Origin: Macrostomum lignano
Taxonomy: Eukaryota
NCBI GenBank assembly: GCA_002269645.1
Contig: NIVC01002301.1
Location: 6,948-70,947 of the forward strand
Direction of reading: 5' to 3'
DNA length: 64,000 bases
In this document: one piece after another, positions 40,501 through 52,041 of the stretch
Numbering within the stretch: the stretch's first letter is position 1
Layout: every line of letters starts with the position of its first letter
Notes under the pieces: generated by a model
The model's database searches: none
What the model saw: the letters and a program-made list of their open reading frames with translations, nothing else
What the model was told of the DNA's origin: nothing
Translations under genes and position numbers: made by a program

Positions 40501-43500
40501 AAAATGGTAGCATCGAGCACCCTCACTAGTGAGACAATGGCAACGACAATTACTGGAGACTCAACAGCTACTACTGCCAGTAGCACGGTTTCAACCGCAA
40601 CTACTACTGCAAAAACTGCGTCAACATCAGCTAGCAGCTCAACCGGCAGCGCCACAACTGCGCCTTCGACCACGAGTGGCATCACATCGGCCGAGCGCAT
40701 GGCACTGAGGAATAAAATTTTGGACTATATAACAACCACCGTCGAAAACATGCTCAAAACTCTGCCAGCAATAATGCAGCTCAACAATATCATTCAAGCG
40801 ACAGCGATGTACAACTATGCAACCTCTGTGCCGACGGAGCTGACGCCGCAGGGCATCGAGCGCAGCAGCAAGGGACTGTCGCTGGTTAGCCAGAGTCTAC
40901 AGTCTGCAGTAAAGGAAGAGATTGTCACTTTTGACAGCGTGAAAGCCACGACTATCGACTTCATGCGAGCGGCCAGGAATGTGCTGCAGCCGACAGTGGA
41001 AAACCTGAAGGACATCAGCTTCTCGGAGCAATTCAACCAATCGTCAACTGACGCCAAGAAGCAGCTCTCGAAGCCAGCGCTGGACATTATGCAGTCGATC
41101 GAGGACTGCGGCAAAGCGGTGGCAAAGAAGATTGTCACTCGAGACGCTGACACGGTTATGCAAGCAGACGGTCTAGTGCTCAATATCCGTCGAAACCAGT
41201 CGAAGGACATGGAGAAACGTGAGTTCTCACAACACGAGCGTAAATTATGTCGTAGAAACCTCGTGTAAGCAAAGTTTTTTATGTGCAACAAGTACAAGTT
41301 GAATACTGTGACAAAATAACATGCAGTCGCACCTGCAAGTGTCACGGTTCATCGGCTCCGCACTTAGTGGTCCGAAATTAAGAAGTCCCTGACTTTAGCA
41401 TGACATAAAAGTGATCTCAGTAACACGCCCATTCAATTAAAACTGTTTTTGAAACTCCAGTGAAAGTGGCGATTCGAGATGAAAGCAGCAGCGATTGCAG
41501 CTACTTTCGGCTGGGCAACAACGCCAACTCGCAGGGCGACTCGTTTTTCTCGGAGCCGGACCCGACCTTTCCAGGCAGGACGCGGCCCTCTCAGACGGTG
41601 GTAACAACCGTAAGATTGCGCCTATCTGTTTGAAACTACAAGCTTTCATACATCATAAGCGTCAGTTAGAACTTCGAGTTGAAGTTGTGTGTGCTGGCGA
41701 GTTCTTGCCTTCCTTGCTGAAACCAGCTGATTAGTAAAACATAATCTTGTAGACTGAAGCCCTGTATGCGTTGCAAGCTACTGTCTTTAGTGTGCTTAGC
41801 CAAATACTACGGCTTTGATGAGTAAACCATTTTATTTAAGTTTCAACATCTGAAAGCTTATCATTCATTTTTGTCTAATCATTTTTAGGTGATCAAAAGC
41901 GATCTCAATGCCTACCAGCTGGCTACTCCGGAGGAGGCGAGTCCCAGCTACTCCTACTCAATGAGCATGATGAACGAGAACGCGCTGGAATTCGCGGTCA
42001 CCGATCTTGACGACCAGTCCTGGGTTGAGATGCGCCTATTGCGCAATGTGAGCGCCAGCAAGCTCACTGATGTCTACTTGACAACCAGACCGAGGTCTGA
42101 CAGGATGGGAAAGCACGTTATCACTATCAGCAAGGGCTCGTCTCTGTTTGTAAAGGTAGAGCGCTACATCAACTACAGAAGCCTCGCAAGTTCCGACAGT
42201 TTGCCAACGGAAGACTTCGAAATTTTGGTCTTCCTTCGAAAAGACGGCACACCGTCGGAGAGAAACTACGACCATCTGTGCCAACTACCGCTGCTCAGGC
42301 CCAGGGTCGCCTGCGGTCCGCCAAGCCAGGTTGTTGATCAGACGCTCGACTCAAACTACACGATAGGTCTGTGCAACTGCACCAAAGCAGCGGATGGGAG
42401 CTACACAAACTGCCTGTACGCTGGCTAGCCGAACGGCTTATCGCTCCAGTCAGAGGCTGGTTGGGAGCTGGCCCACTGCCAGTGCCTTGAAAACCGCTGC
42501 TTCCGACAAGGCGCCTGCGCCGCTGCTCAGGACTTGCTGCCGGATCCATGGACCTGCTTCTTTCCCAGCGATTCACTTGGCACGTAAGCATTCAGGGGAG
42601 CCTAATTAGCTAAACAGTTTTCGGGGAAAGATTGGTGTTTAGAAGAGAACACAGCTGGTGTTTAGGAGAGAACAAAACTTGTGTTTAGGAGAGAACAAAA
42701 CTTGTGTTTAGGAGAGAACACAGCTGATGTTTAGGAGAGAACAAAACTTGTGTTTAGGAGAGAACACAGCTGGTGTTTAGGAGAGAACACAGCTGGTGTT
42801 TAGGAGAGAACACAGCTGGTGTTTAGGAGAGAACAAAACTTGTGTTTAGGAGAGAACACAGCTGGTGTTTAGGAGAGAACACAGCTGGTGTTTAGGAGAG
42901 AACACAGCTGGTGTTTAGGAGAGAACACAGCTGGTGTTTAGGAGAGAACACAGCTGGTGTTTAGGAGAGAACACAGCTGGTGTTTAGGAGAGAACAAAAC
43001 TTGTGTTTAGGAGAGAACACAGCTGGTGTTTAGGAGAGAACAAAACTTGTGTTTAGGAGAGAACACAGCTGGTGTTTAGGAGAGACGTGAGTTTTTGAGG
43101 ACACAGAGCCGATTTTGGGAAGCTTGCCTCTTAAATTTGCTTGATTTGAATATTCATCTGCAACCCAACGCAGACGAGGTGCGAAACAGAAGTGGCGCTT
43201 CGGCGTGAGAATGCTGAAGATTCCCGCTAGCGGCAGAGAAAAGTTCAGCGACACCTCAATTGGCAATCCGACTGGACGGTTGAACATCGACAGAAGTCTC
43301 TATATCGAAGCTGAAGTGAAGCTGTCGTCTTACATATCAGCCTGCAACTACGTAAATTTGAAGGACTTCCAGCTGGAGAATACGGGATTATATGTGAGTC
43401 AACTTTTATATCATGAACAGGGTGCAGTGAACCCATTGTTGTGAAGGTGTTGCAACATTTTTTCAATTGCCAACCAACTCCGCATCAGGAGGGTCGGTGC

Positions 43501-46500
43501 TCCACGCCCACCATGCTGCACTGCTACTCGCGCCACTTGACCTCATTCATGGCTAATTTCTACGTGCCGCCCATCGAGTTTGACGCGGCCGACTCGTCCT
43601 GGCTGCGGCTCGACACCAACCCCATCGCATTCGCCCTGTGCATTGCCGTTGTCTGTCTTTACCTCATCGTAATAGTCTGGGCCAGGCGCAAGGACGAGCG
43701 CGACCTCATCCAAGTGGGCATTGTGCCGCTCATCGACAATTACCCGGCAGATCCATACCGGTAAACTGCTTGTTGGGGCTGGTTGCTATGAGCAGTGCCG
43801 GATTAAAATATTCTCAGTTTGGAGATTTTACGAGTATTCCAGGCAAAGTAGCAATTGTTATCCTTTTTGAACTGGGATGAAATGTAACTGTGGTTATAGT
43901 TCACGATTATTTATCTTGACTCTGCCTTGATATTGTAGATTGTCAAGAAATATTATATTTTAAACTTTGGGAGAAAATGATCACAACTCACATAACATAA
44001 GAGAACCCAATAAAACGCAGTGACGGAGGCATCCTGCTGTACAACGCGGAGATGCGGATGTTGACAGTTGGCAGTTGGACTCGTGCTCAGCTGCAAATTA
44101 GACCCATCATCCTGCACCTTCACAACTGGAAGATCCACTTGTCGCCCAACCTAGTCAGAAAGTCCTGCCTGTTGCTCACCTTCCAGGGTCCGCCCTTGAC
44201 CCATCGACACGTGGACTGTCTGCCGTGCAATGCAGCCAACGGAGGCTGAATATTTACGCTCAATCGCGCAGCGAAGCTTCCCATCTAACGCTCCCTGGCG
44301 AGCTTAGGGCTGCATATTTTGCTGTTTGCGTCACTGCTAGGAATCAGAAAAAACCCACAATTCAGCTCCAGCTCGTAAGGTCTCTATAGTTGACAAAAAA
44401 AACTGTGATTACTGAAACACCTGCTCCGCAGGTACGAGCTCACCTTCTGGACTGGCAATCAGCGAGGTGCGGGCACCACTGCGAACGTGTGCTTCATTCT
44501 GACTGGCGAGAGCTGCGAATCGGGACGCCGGCCACTGAACACTCCGATTCGGCCGGTGCTGTCCAAAGGCAGCGTGGACACATTCCACATGACCACACCG
44601 CACAGCCTTGGCCGGCTTTCTCACCTGAGAATCTGGCACGACAACAGCGGCTCGGATCCCTGCTGGTACCTCAGCCGGGCGATGATCGTGGACCAGCAGA
44701 CCGGGGAGAAGTACCACTTCATCTGCAACAGGTGGCTCTCGTGCGCAGAGGACGATGGCATGGTATGGATAAAAACCAAAGATTTCTCGATAGATTGCAG
44801 ATAATTTTACTGATTTTAGTAGAATCCATGATTTACTTTTGAGGCGAATATGAGTAGACCCGGATATCCACAAAACGCTTTGCTTGCAGTTAAGTTGTAG
44901 TCGCACCTGACTGTACTCTTTCTAAAACTTTTTTTTCGCGCTATCCCCACTACTACATTCGAATGATCAAGAGCTGCTTGGTTTTAAATGTCCAGCTTCA
45001 CCCATTAGATTTACTTTATCAATCCAAAACTGCCAAACCACCGTCAAGGTTGAACGCGTGTTTCCCGTGGCCTCCGAGGAGGAGCTGCGCGCTTTCAATG
45101 TGGTGTTCTGGAGCAAGGCGCACGTGGGCATGCGCGACGGTCACCTGTGGCTGTCGGTGGTGACCAGGCCGGCTAGGAGCCGATTCACCCGAGTGCAGCG
45201 GGCCACCGCCTGCCTGGTGCTGCTCATGAGCACCATGATGGCCAACATGATGTACTTCGACCAGACTAAGCACGTTGAGAGTCCGCGAATAGTGGAGATC
45301 GGCACGGTGAAGCTCACGCTGAACAGCCTCTACGTTGCCACGGTGTCCACGCTGGTCATTCTGCCAATTAACTTGCTAATCATCGTACTGTTCAAGTACC
45401 GCAGAGTCCGCCACTATGCCGCTGGCAAAAGCGAGGGCGGTTCGAAACCGGGAGCCGCTGACGCGCGTGAGTCGTCGAATAGACGACAGAGTCTGCGGCT
45501 CGAGCTGCTGCTGGCTTTGTACAGCGAGTTCAACACCGGAGACGATTACTGGCAGCCGGAGGTGACACCGCCGCCTACCGATCCAACCAAGCCGCTGACG
45601 CCGGCTTCAGCTCTCTCGGCCGGACAGTCGGCGGCCACTCCGCAGCAGCTGGAGTTGGTTGACCTGGCCGAGTCCCAGCAGCAGCCGGAACAGCCGGCCA
45701 GCTGTTGCCGTCGTCTGGCATCTGCTGTGTGGCCGCTGCCGTGGTGGTCGCACTACGTTGGCTACGTGCTGTCCTTTGCCAGCGTGGCCGCCTGCGTCTA
45801 CCTCATGGTGGAGTTTGGCGGCGTCCTGGGCGAGAAGAAAACAGCAGAATGGCTGGCCGCGATGGCCGTCACCGTGCTGGAGTCCGTGCTGCTTGTGCAG
45901 CCAATCAAGATCGCTTTGGTCATCCTGTTCTATGCTCTGATCTTCGGGAAGGTCAGCGAGGACGAAGACGAGATGATGCAGGAGCTTGAAAAACGCGGCG
46001 TGCCGAAAATTCACGAGGTCCTGCCGTTGCGCGACGCCTCCAACCTGCAGGCCATGCGGCAGTTCCTGAGATCGCTGGCAGTGCGACAGCTCCGAAGCCG
46101 CACGTGCTCCAGCAGATGCGCAAGCTGAGGTGAGCGCGCCGAATCACGTAGCACTTTGCATACTCTGCTCCGTGCGACCAAGGGGGGCTCTAAAGTCTAC
46201 AAAATCAAGAATGTTTTAGAAAGTTAAAGCAGTAAGGAATGGATGAATTGAAGTATGGTTAGTGGACTTGAACGCTTAATGGGATTCTTGAGCACGTTTG
46301 CAATCCGACATTTTAGACTCCGAGAAAAGCAGCTGGACGCCATGATCAGAGACGCCATATTCTATCTGATCTTCCTCACCATCCTCGTCCTGACTGCTTA
46401 CACCAACACGGACAGCAGGGCCTACCTGCAGAACTCCAGCCTGCAGGGCATGCTGCTCGAAGCCAGTCACCTGGCTGAGTCGCGGCTCTCCAAGGGAGCG

Positions 46501-48890
46501 ATCTATTCGATTGATCAGGTGAAAACCGCGCCGGACTTCTGGCAGTACCTGAACAACACGGTCGTCCCCGCACTGTACCCCATGGCGTGCTACAACGGCA
46601 AGGCCTGCGGCATGCTGGCCAGCAATCTGGTTGGCGACTTTGCCGACTATCTGGTTCGGCAGCCGCGGCTTCGCCAGCTGCGCCTGAAGCCGGAAGCGGC
46701 GTGCCGTGTTGCTGGAGTATTCGCCGACTCCGTGCCCCCGTGCATCAAGGATTACGAACTCGTTTACGATGACGAGCGCGCCTACCTGCCAGGCTGGCTG
46801 CTTCGAAACGGATCAGGTAGATGCTGCTCAAGTCCATTAGGACACCCGACAATTTTTAGTGCTCTTTAAAGTGTAATTCTGCGAAACGAGAAAGTGTGGT
46901 GGTACGAGTCTACCAAGCTGTGGCAGTAAAAATTAAAAAAAATGTGGCAGAAAATTGGCCAGAACTGGGACAGAGAGTGTACATGCCTGACGACTAGAAT
47001 GTCAGGGCCGCTATACACTGTGTGAGCGTGGATAAGTGCGTGTCTGCGTACAGTATTGGCGCTTGCATGTGCTGTCGTCGGCGGTGGTTGTTGGACGATG
47101 TCGCAGAAGACAACCTTCCTGCAGTTTTTATTATTATTAATATTGGCATACGTATCTTCTACCTAAATTTCCTAGATTAAAGCAGAAATTTTGAAAAGCC
47201 TCGCGTATTCTCTTTCTTTCTCAGCCGGGCCGGCCTACTCAGAGTGGAGCTACACAAGCGCCCTGGACTCTCTGGGCGTGCCCTTGGCAGGCCTGCTCGC
47301 CACCTACTCAGGCGGTGGATACTCAGCTTACCTTGGCGACTCTCGTTCGAGTGCCAGCGGCGCCATCAAAAACCTGTCCTCGCTGCACTGGCTGGACCGG
47401 CTGAGCCGCGGCGTCGTCCTGGAGCTGCTGCTGTACAACCCGGCCAGCAACCTGTACACCTACGCCAGCCTGCTGTTCGAAGCCTACAGGGGCGGCAGCT
47501 TCGTGGCCAATCCGAGCATCCGCACCATCCGGCTGGACCGCTACAGCGGACCGGAGGCGCTGCTGTACGCTCTGCTGGACCTGGCCAGCCTGCTGCTGGT
47601 CATCGCCTTCATCGTCCGGGAGGCTCGGGCTCTGTGGAGGAAGCGGTGGGCCTATTTCCAGGTAATTTGGAAGCTGTTGTACAGGTATGGAATACAGTTT
47701 TCGGATCTGGGATGGTTCCAGGTAGCTTGCTTGTAGATGTATGACATTGGATAGTGTATAGGATGGAATAGAGTAGATGGGGATGGGATAGAGTAGATGG
47801 GGATGAGGATAGAGTAGATGGGGATGGGATAGAGTAGATGGTGATGAGGATAGAGTAGATGGGGATGGGATAGAGTAGATGGTGATGAGGATAGAGTAGA
47901 TGGGGATAGGATAAAGTAAATGGGGATGGGATAAAGTAAATGGGGATGGGATAAAGTAAATGGGAAGGAGGATAGGATAGATGGGGATGGGATAGAGTAG
48001 ATGGGGATGGGATAGATTTGTGTTGAGTCTAAAATAAATATCGCTTTGGTGACGGTCCATACACGTACCTCGAAAACTTAACTAAAATGTTCCAAATTAA
48101 CAATGCCTTTCACAAAAATGACACCAGGACCAGTTCAAGTGCCTAGACATCTGCCTGCTGCTGTTCTGCACAGCCGAGGTGGTTCTCTACCTGGTGAAGA
48201 TTGCCGTGCAGCAGGCTTTGGCCAGCTTCATGCAGGCCAACCCGGACAAGTTTATCGACTTCCAGTGGCTGATCGTGTACGATGAGGTACGGAGTTTGGC
48301 CTGAGCTACCTGAGTTTATAGAGATATGAGAGCATCTACTTGAGTGTGTAGACATATGAGAGTATCTACTTGAGTTTGTAGACATAGAACATCTACTTGA
48401 GTTTGTAGACATATGAGAGCATCTACTTGAGTTTGTAGACATATGAGAGCATCTACTTGAGTTTATAGACATATGAGAACATCTACTTGAGTTTGTAGAC
48501 ATATGAGAGCATCTACTTGAGTTTATAGACATATGAGAGCATCTACTTGAGTTCGTAGACATATGAGAGCATCTACCTGAGTTTATGGAGATAGGTGTAT
48601 CTACCTGAGATTACTGCCAACTCCGAACCCGCAGATCAACCAGGTGTTCATCGGCATCATTGTGTTCCTCTTCACCATTCGGTTCCTTCGCCTGCTCAAC
48701 TTCAACCGTCGAGGAGTTCTGCTGCTAGAGGTGCTGAAAACCGCGACTAAGCCGCTGTTTACTTTCGGCCTGATGGCCGGCCTTCTGTTTGTAGCGTTCG
48801 TGCTGGCCGGCCACCTGCTGTTCGCCTGCTCGATTCGGGAGTTTCGAAGCTTCACCGCGGCTGCGGAGGCGCTGAGCATCCTGGCTACTA
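31580..48890 (+). CDS. Polycystin-1 (PKD1)-like receptor, multi-exon, 3' end beyond the Polinton insertion
   Basis: Signal peptide exon 31580-31652 (MALEQLLQFLLLVLVACG); WSC-like Cys exons; PKD repeats (DFGDG motifs, large exon ~36123-38863); REJ (VTPSQGVSVLDKFQIEC...DSDEPLTY); S/T-rich stalk ~40520-40690; GPS HCYSRHL|TSFMANFYVPP (HLT at 43534-43542); TM1; PLAT (LRIWHDNSGSDPCWYL, 44431-44762); HLWLSVVTRPARSRFTRVQR; TOP domain (YSGGGY, WLDRLSR, YNPASNLY); channel helices to 48890. Not every internal exon boundary was resolved. Confidence 0.93.
31898..33215. repeat. Two intronic minisatellites (~41 bp at 31898-32325; ~32-36 bp at 32705-33215)
   Basis: Units ggctatagattagcaatccattctattccttcatccgtgat and gagatgggattcgaatagaggagtctggagat. 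Confidence 0.9.
34601..34959. mobile_element. MITE-like element with ~110-bp imperfect TIRs in a PKD1-like intron
   Basis: caaagggcctgtcaacttaagctcataaagtggagcccgagta...gtgacaccaggaagctggattt is mirrored by aaatccagcttcctggtgtcac...tactcgggctccacattatgagtttaagttgacagacaggccctttg. Confidence 0.7.
39330..39597 (+). mobile_element. tRNA-derived CORE-type SINE, copy 3 (internal deletion)
   Basis: Same head, CORE start and 3' body as 2991-3295, with part of the core deleted. Confidence 0.8.
42645..43085. repeat. ~23-bp minisatellite
   Basis: Unit tttaggagagaacacagctggtg and a variant. Confidence 0.93.
47755..48600. repeat. Intronic minisatellites (~21 bp at 47755-48015; ~30 bp at 48320-48600)
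   Basis: Units ggatagagtagatggggatg and gagcatctacttgagtttgtagacatatga. Confidence 0.9.
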
Positions 48891-49106
48891 GTGAGGCTCA
48901 CTGGCAGATGGAGCTTGAGGGTGGGGCTACTAGTGAGGCTCACTGGCAGATGGGGCTTAAGGGGGGGGGCTACTAGTGAGGCTCACTGGCAGATGGGGCT
49001 CAGGGGGGGGGGCTACTAGTGAGGCTCACTGGCAGATGGGGCTCAGGGGGGGGGGCTACTAGTGAGGCTCACTGGCAGATGGGGCTCAGGGGGGGCTACT
49101 AGTGAG
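48884..49106 (+). repeat. ~42-bp minisatellite that repeats the PKD1-like exon end and splice donor
   Basis: Unit gctacta|gtgaggctcactggcagatggggctcaggggggg, ~5 copies; the Polinton begins inside the last unit. Confidence 0.85.
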
Positions 49107-49625
49107 AGTAGTAGGGCGAATTATGATACTGCCGCACTAGCACTGGCGAGATAGGCGGCAATGCAAATGTATAGGGAAAAATACACTGCGGAGATATGAG
49201 CCCTATCTCTGTGCATTGGGGACGGCTAAGCACTGCAGAGATATGAGCTCTATCTCTGTGCATTGGGGACGGCTAAGCACTGCAGAGATATGAGCTCTAT
49301 CTCTGTGCATTGGGGACGGCTAAGCACTGCAGAGATATGAGCTCTATCTCTGTGCATTGGGGACGGCTAAGCACTGCAGAGATATGAGCTCTATCTCTGT
49401 GCATTGGGGACGGCTAAGCACTGCAGAGATATGAGCTCTATCTCTGCTTAACACTGGAGTGATAGGAGAAGAGGCGGCCTATCTCTTTACACTGGAGATG
49501 GTTAACACTGCAGAGATAGGAGGAGAGGCGGCCTATCTCTTTACACTGGAGATGGTTAACACTGCAGAGATAGGAGGAGAGGCGGCCTATCTCTTTGCAT
49601 TGGGGGTGGTTAACACTGCAGAGAT
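49107..49625. repeat. Polinton terminal region with 47-bp and ~53-bp hairpin-forming tandem repeats (mirrored at ~63465-64000)
   Basis: 47-mer gcactgcagagatatgagctctatctctgtgcattggggacggctaa (~5.5 copies), then cactgcagagataggaggagaggcggcctatctct...ggttaa units. Confidence 0.9.
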
Positions 49626-49668
49626 AAGATGTTAATCTATGTAATTGGAAATAATGTTTGCGAAAGAG

Positions 49669-49728
49669 CCAATCACAGAGCCCGGAGTGGGATGAGTGGT
49701 TTGGGGTGGTTCGGTCGAGGGTATATAA
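49669..49728 (+). promoter_or_regulatory. CCAAT box plus TATA box upstream of the first Polinton gene (mirrored at ~63362-63422)
   Basis: CCAAT 49669-49673; TATATAA 49722-49728, ~105 bp before the ATG at 49834. Confidence 0.65.
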
Positions 49729-49833
49729 GCCCCGAAATTGACAAGAAAGAATTCTCAATTTTTCAAATCCAAAATTTCATCCGAACTTTTCCTCAGCTTT
49801 TAACTTTTGTGAGTTTTCAATTGCGAAAGGAAA

Positions 49834-50607
49834 ATGGACATCTGTGAAGGCTATAAGGCACAAGTCCAGGAGTTTGAAGGACAAAAATTTATCGCTATTC
49901 GCAAGTTTTACCGACACGGCAGCACGGCAAGTCTGAAGCCAGGCGTCCCAGGATTCAACCTGAATGTTCACCAATGGAAGAAATTGAAGGAGGTGAAACG
50001 CTCACTTGTGATTTCTGCACGCAACAACGAGCCCAAGGTCGTGAAACTCGGCTTCGATAAGTTTGTGGAAGTCAAAGGCGGCATCATTTGGCTCAAACGG
50101 CTGCCGGAAGATTGCTGCGAGGAGTTTTTGAGACGAAACGCCGTACCACTGACTCCGCCGCTGTGGCAGAAGCTCTGGAAAATCGCCTCCTGGATCGACG
50201 GTCAGCTGGTGGCTCCCTTGAGGAACTCAATGCAGTACGAGCTGGAGTCTGATGAGGAAGAGGAGGAAGAGGACAAGAAGCTCAAGTTGGAGGCTGACCA
50301 GGACACGAAGCCCATAATGGAGACTGATGAGGGCGGAGAGCATGCTGATGACGAGGACGTTAGCTCGCCCACAAGGCCGCGCATTGTGACTGAGCCTATC
50401 ACATCCACACCGATACCTTTGGTTGATTCTGATGCTGGACTGCTTCCGCAGCGGGACACCAACCTTGAGGAAGATCCGGTGTGGTATCAGTTCAGGGCGC
50501 ATGCAGCGGCTTCGACGGTGAGCAGCAGCAGCAGGAAGCGAAAGCTGCCATTTCAACTTCGTCGGCAGGACGCGATGAGGCTGCCCAATGTTCGCTTTGA
50601 TAACTGA
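49834..50607 (+). CDS. Polinton protein with tandem PC4/Sub1-like ssDNA-binding domains and an acidic/disordered tail
   Basis: VQEFEGQKFIAIRKFYRHGSTASLKPGVPGFNLNVHQWKKLKE matches the PC4 pattern VRDFKGKVLIDIREYW...[20 protein letters not shown]. A second weaker repeat VKLGFDKFVEV...VPLTPPLWQKL follows. Confidence 0.75.
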   Translation: MDICEGYKAQVQEFEGQKFIAIRKFYRHGSTASLKPGVPGFNLNVHQWKKLKEVKRSLVISARNNEPKVVKLGFDKFVEVKGGIIWLKRLPEDCCEEFLRRNAVPLTPPLWQKLWKIASWIDGQLVAPLRNSMQYELESDEEEEEEDKKLKLEADQDTKPIMETDEGGEHADDEDVSSPTRPRIVTEPITSTPIPLVDSDAGLLPQRDTNLEEDPVWYQFRAHAAASTVSSSSRKRKLPFQLRRQDAMRLPNVRFDN

Positions 50608-50933
50608 ACAGCTAGAATGCTTTGAATGCATTGGACTAACTAAATTACTTTTAGCTTGCACATGATTATCCAGCCTATATCTGACGGCACTATGCTGTTT
50701 TTTATCTCTGCTATTTCTGAAATGCTGGTGTGCGAGTGTTTTAGTGTTCGTTTTTATGGATTGTTTGCTTTCGGAAAATACACCGACTGTTACGATGTTA
50801 GAGGTTTCAATCTGACAGTAATAAATTAATTTGCCACTCGTTTCTCTATCATTTAATTGGAATATAAATTTCTACTTAAGAAAAAATACTGTACAGCTAG
50901 AGCAGGTGGATAGGCACGTATCTTGATAAACCC

Positions 50934-52004
50934 ATGATGGAGAAAATTTATTTGAAACCTGAGCAACCGGCTAGTTTTTCTTGTGCCTCAAAGTTGCTGC
51001 ATGAAGTGAGGCAAAGAGGTGATCGAATATCTGCAAAGAGCATTGAGCAGTGGCTCAGCGAGCAGCAAGTGCACACTCTGCACAAGCCAGCTAGGAGGCG
51101 ATATCCAAGGGCCCCAATCATAGTGCGCGCAATCGATGATCAGTGGGAACTTGACTTAGTGGAAATGATTCCATTCGCAAAGCATAATAAAGGCTACAAA
51201 TATATTCTCACATGCATTGACGTGCTCTCAAAATGTGCTTGGGCCAAGGCACTGAAAAATAAATCTGCTGCAGAAGTGAAGTCAGCATTCGAGAGCATAC
51301 TGAGAAGTTCAAAGCGCCAGCCACGCACAGTTCGCACAGATCAGGGGAAGGAATTTATCAACTCCACTTTCCGTCAATACTGCATTGACAGAGGGATTCT
51401 GGCTTTCCCAACTAACAGCGAGCAGAAGGCAGCTGTCATTGAGCGATGGAATCGAACTCTGAAAAGTAGAATGTGGCGCTACTTCACCTACAAGAGCACA
51501 CTGCACTGGCTTGATGTGCTGCCTAAGCTGGTAAAATCCTACAACAATACCTACCACAGAAGCATCAAAATGGCACCCACTAGTGTCTGCAAAGAGAATG
51601 AATCTGAAGTGTGGATGAACCTGTACGATGGAAAAGCAGTCGAGACTCTAGAAAAATTAAAGGAGCCTAAGTTCGCTGAAAACCAGTCAGTGAGAATTTC
51701 CAATGCTCCACGGATATTCAAAAAGGGATACAAAGCGAGCTGGAGTGAGGAAGTGTACACCGTGGTGAGCAGAGCCCCAAAACATTATCCATACATGTAC
51801 AAGATTAAAGACATGCGGGGGCAAGAGATTCGAGGACTCTTCCATGAGCACGAGCTGCAGGCTGTCCCGGACTCACAGCGGCTGTATGTGATTGAGAAGA
51901 TCCTGAAAACGGAGAAGCGGAAGGGAAAAATTCGCTATCTGGTGAAATGGGCGGGCTACGACTCGACTGGCTGGGTGGATGAAAAAGACTTAAGAAAGGT
52001 TTAG
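50934..52004 (+). CDS. Retroviral-like (rve) integrase with C-terminal chromodomain
   Basis: WELDLVEM (D), RTDQGKEF (D), AVIERWNRTLK (E); chromodomain YVIEKIL...YLVKWAGYDSTGW. Confidence 0.96.
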   Translation: MMEKIYLKPEQPASFSCASKLLHEVRQRGDRISAKSIEQWLSEQQVHTLHKPARRRYPRAPIIVRAIDDQWELDLVEMIPFAKHNKGYKYILTCIDVLSKCAWAKALKNKSAAEVKSAFESILRSSKRQPRTVRTDQGKEFINSTFRQYCIDRGILAFPTNSEQKAAVIERWNRTLKSRMWRYFTYKSTLHWLDVLPKLVKSYNNTYHRSIKMAPTSVCKENESEVWMNLYDGKAVETLEKLKEPKFAENQSVRISNAPRIFKKGYKASWSEEVYTVVSRAPKHYPYMYKIKDMRGQEIRGLFHEHELQAVPDSQRLYVIEKILKTEKRKGKIRYLVKWAGYDSTGWVDEKDLRKV

Positions 52005-52041
52005 CTTTGGCACATCCCTCATCTTGAAGTTTATCATTATA

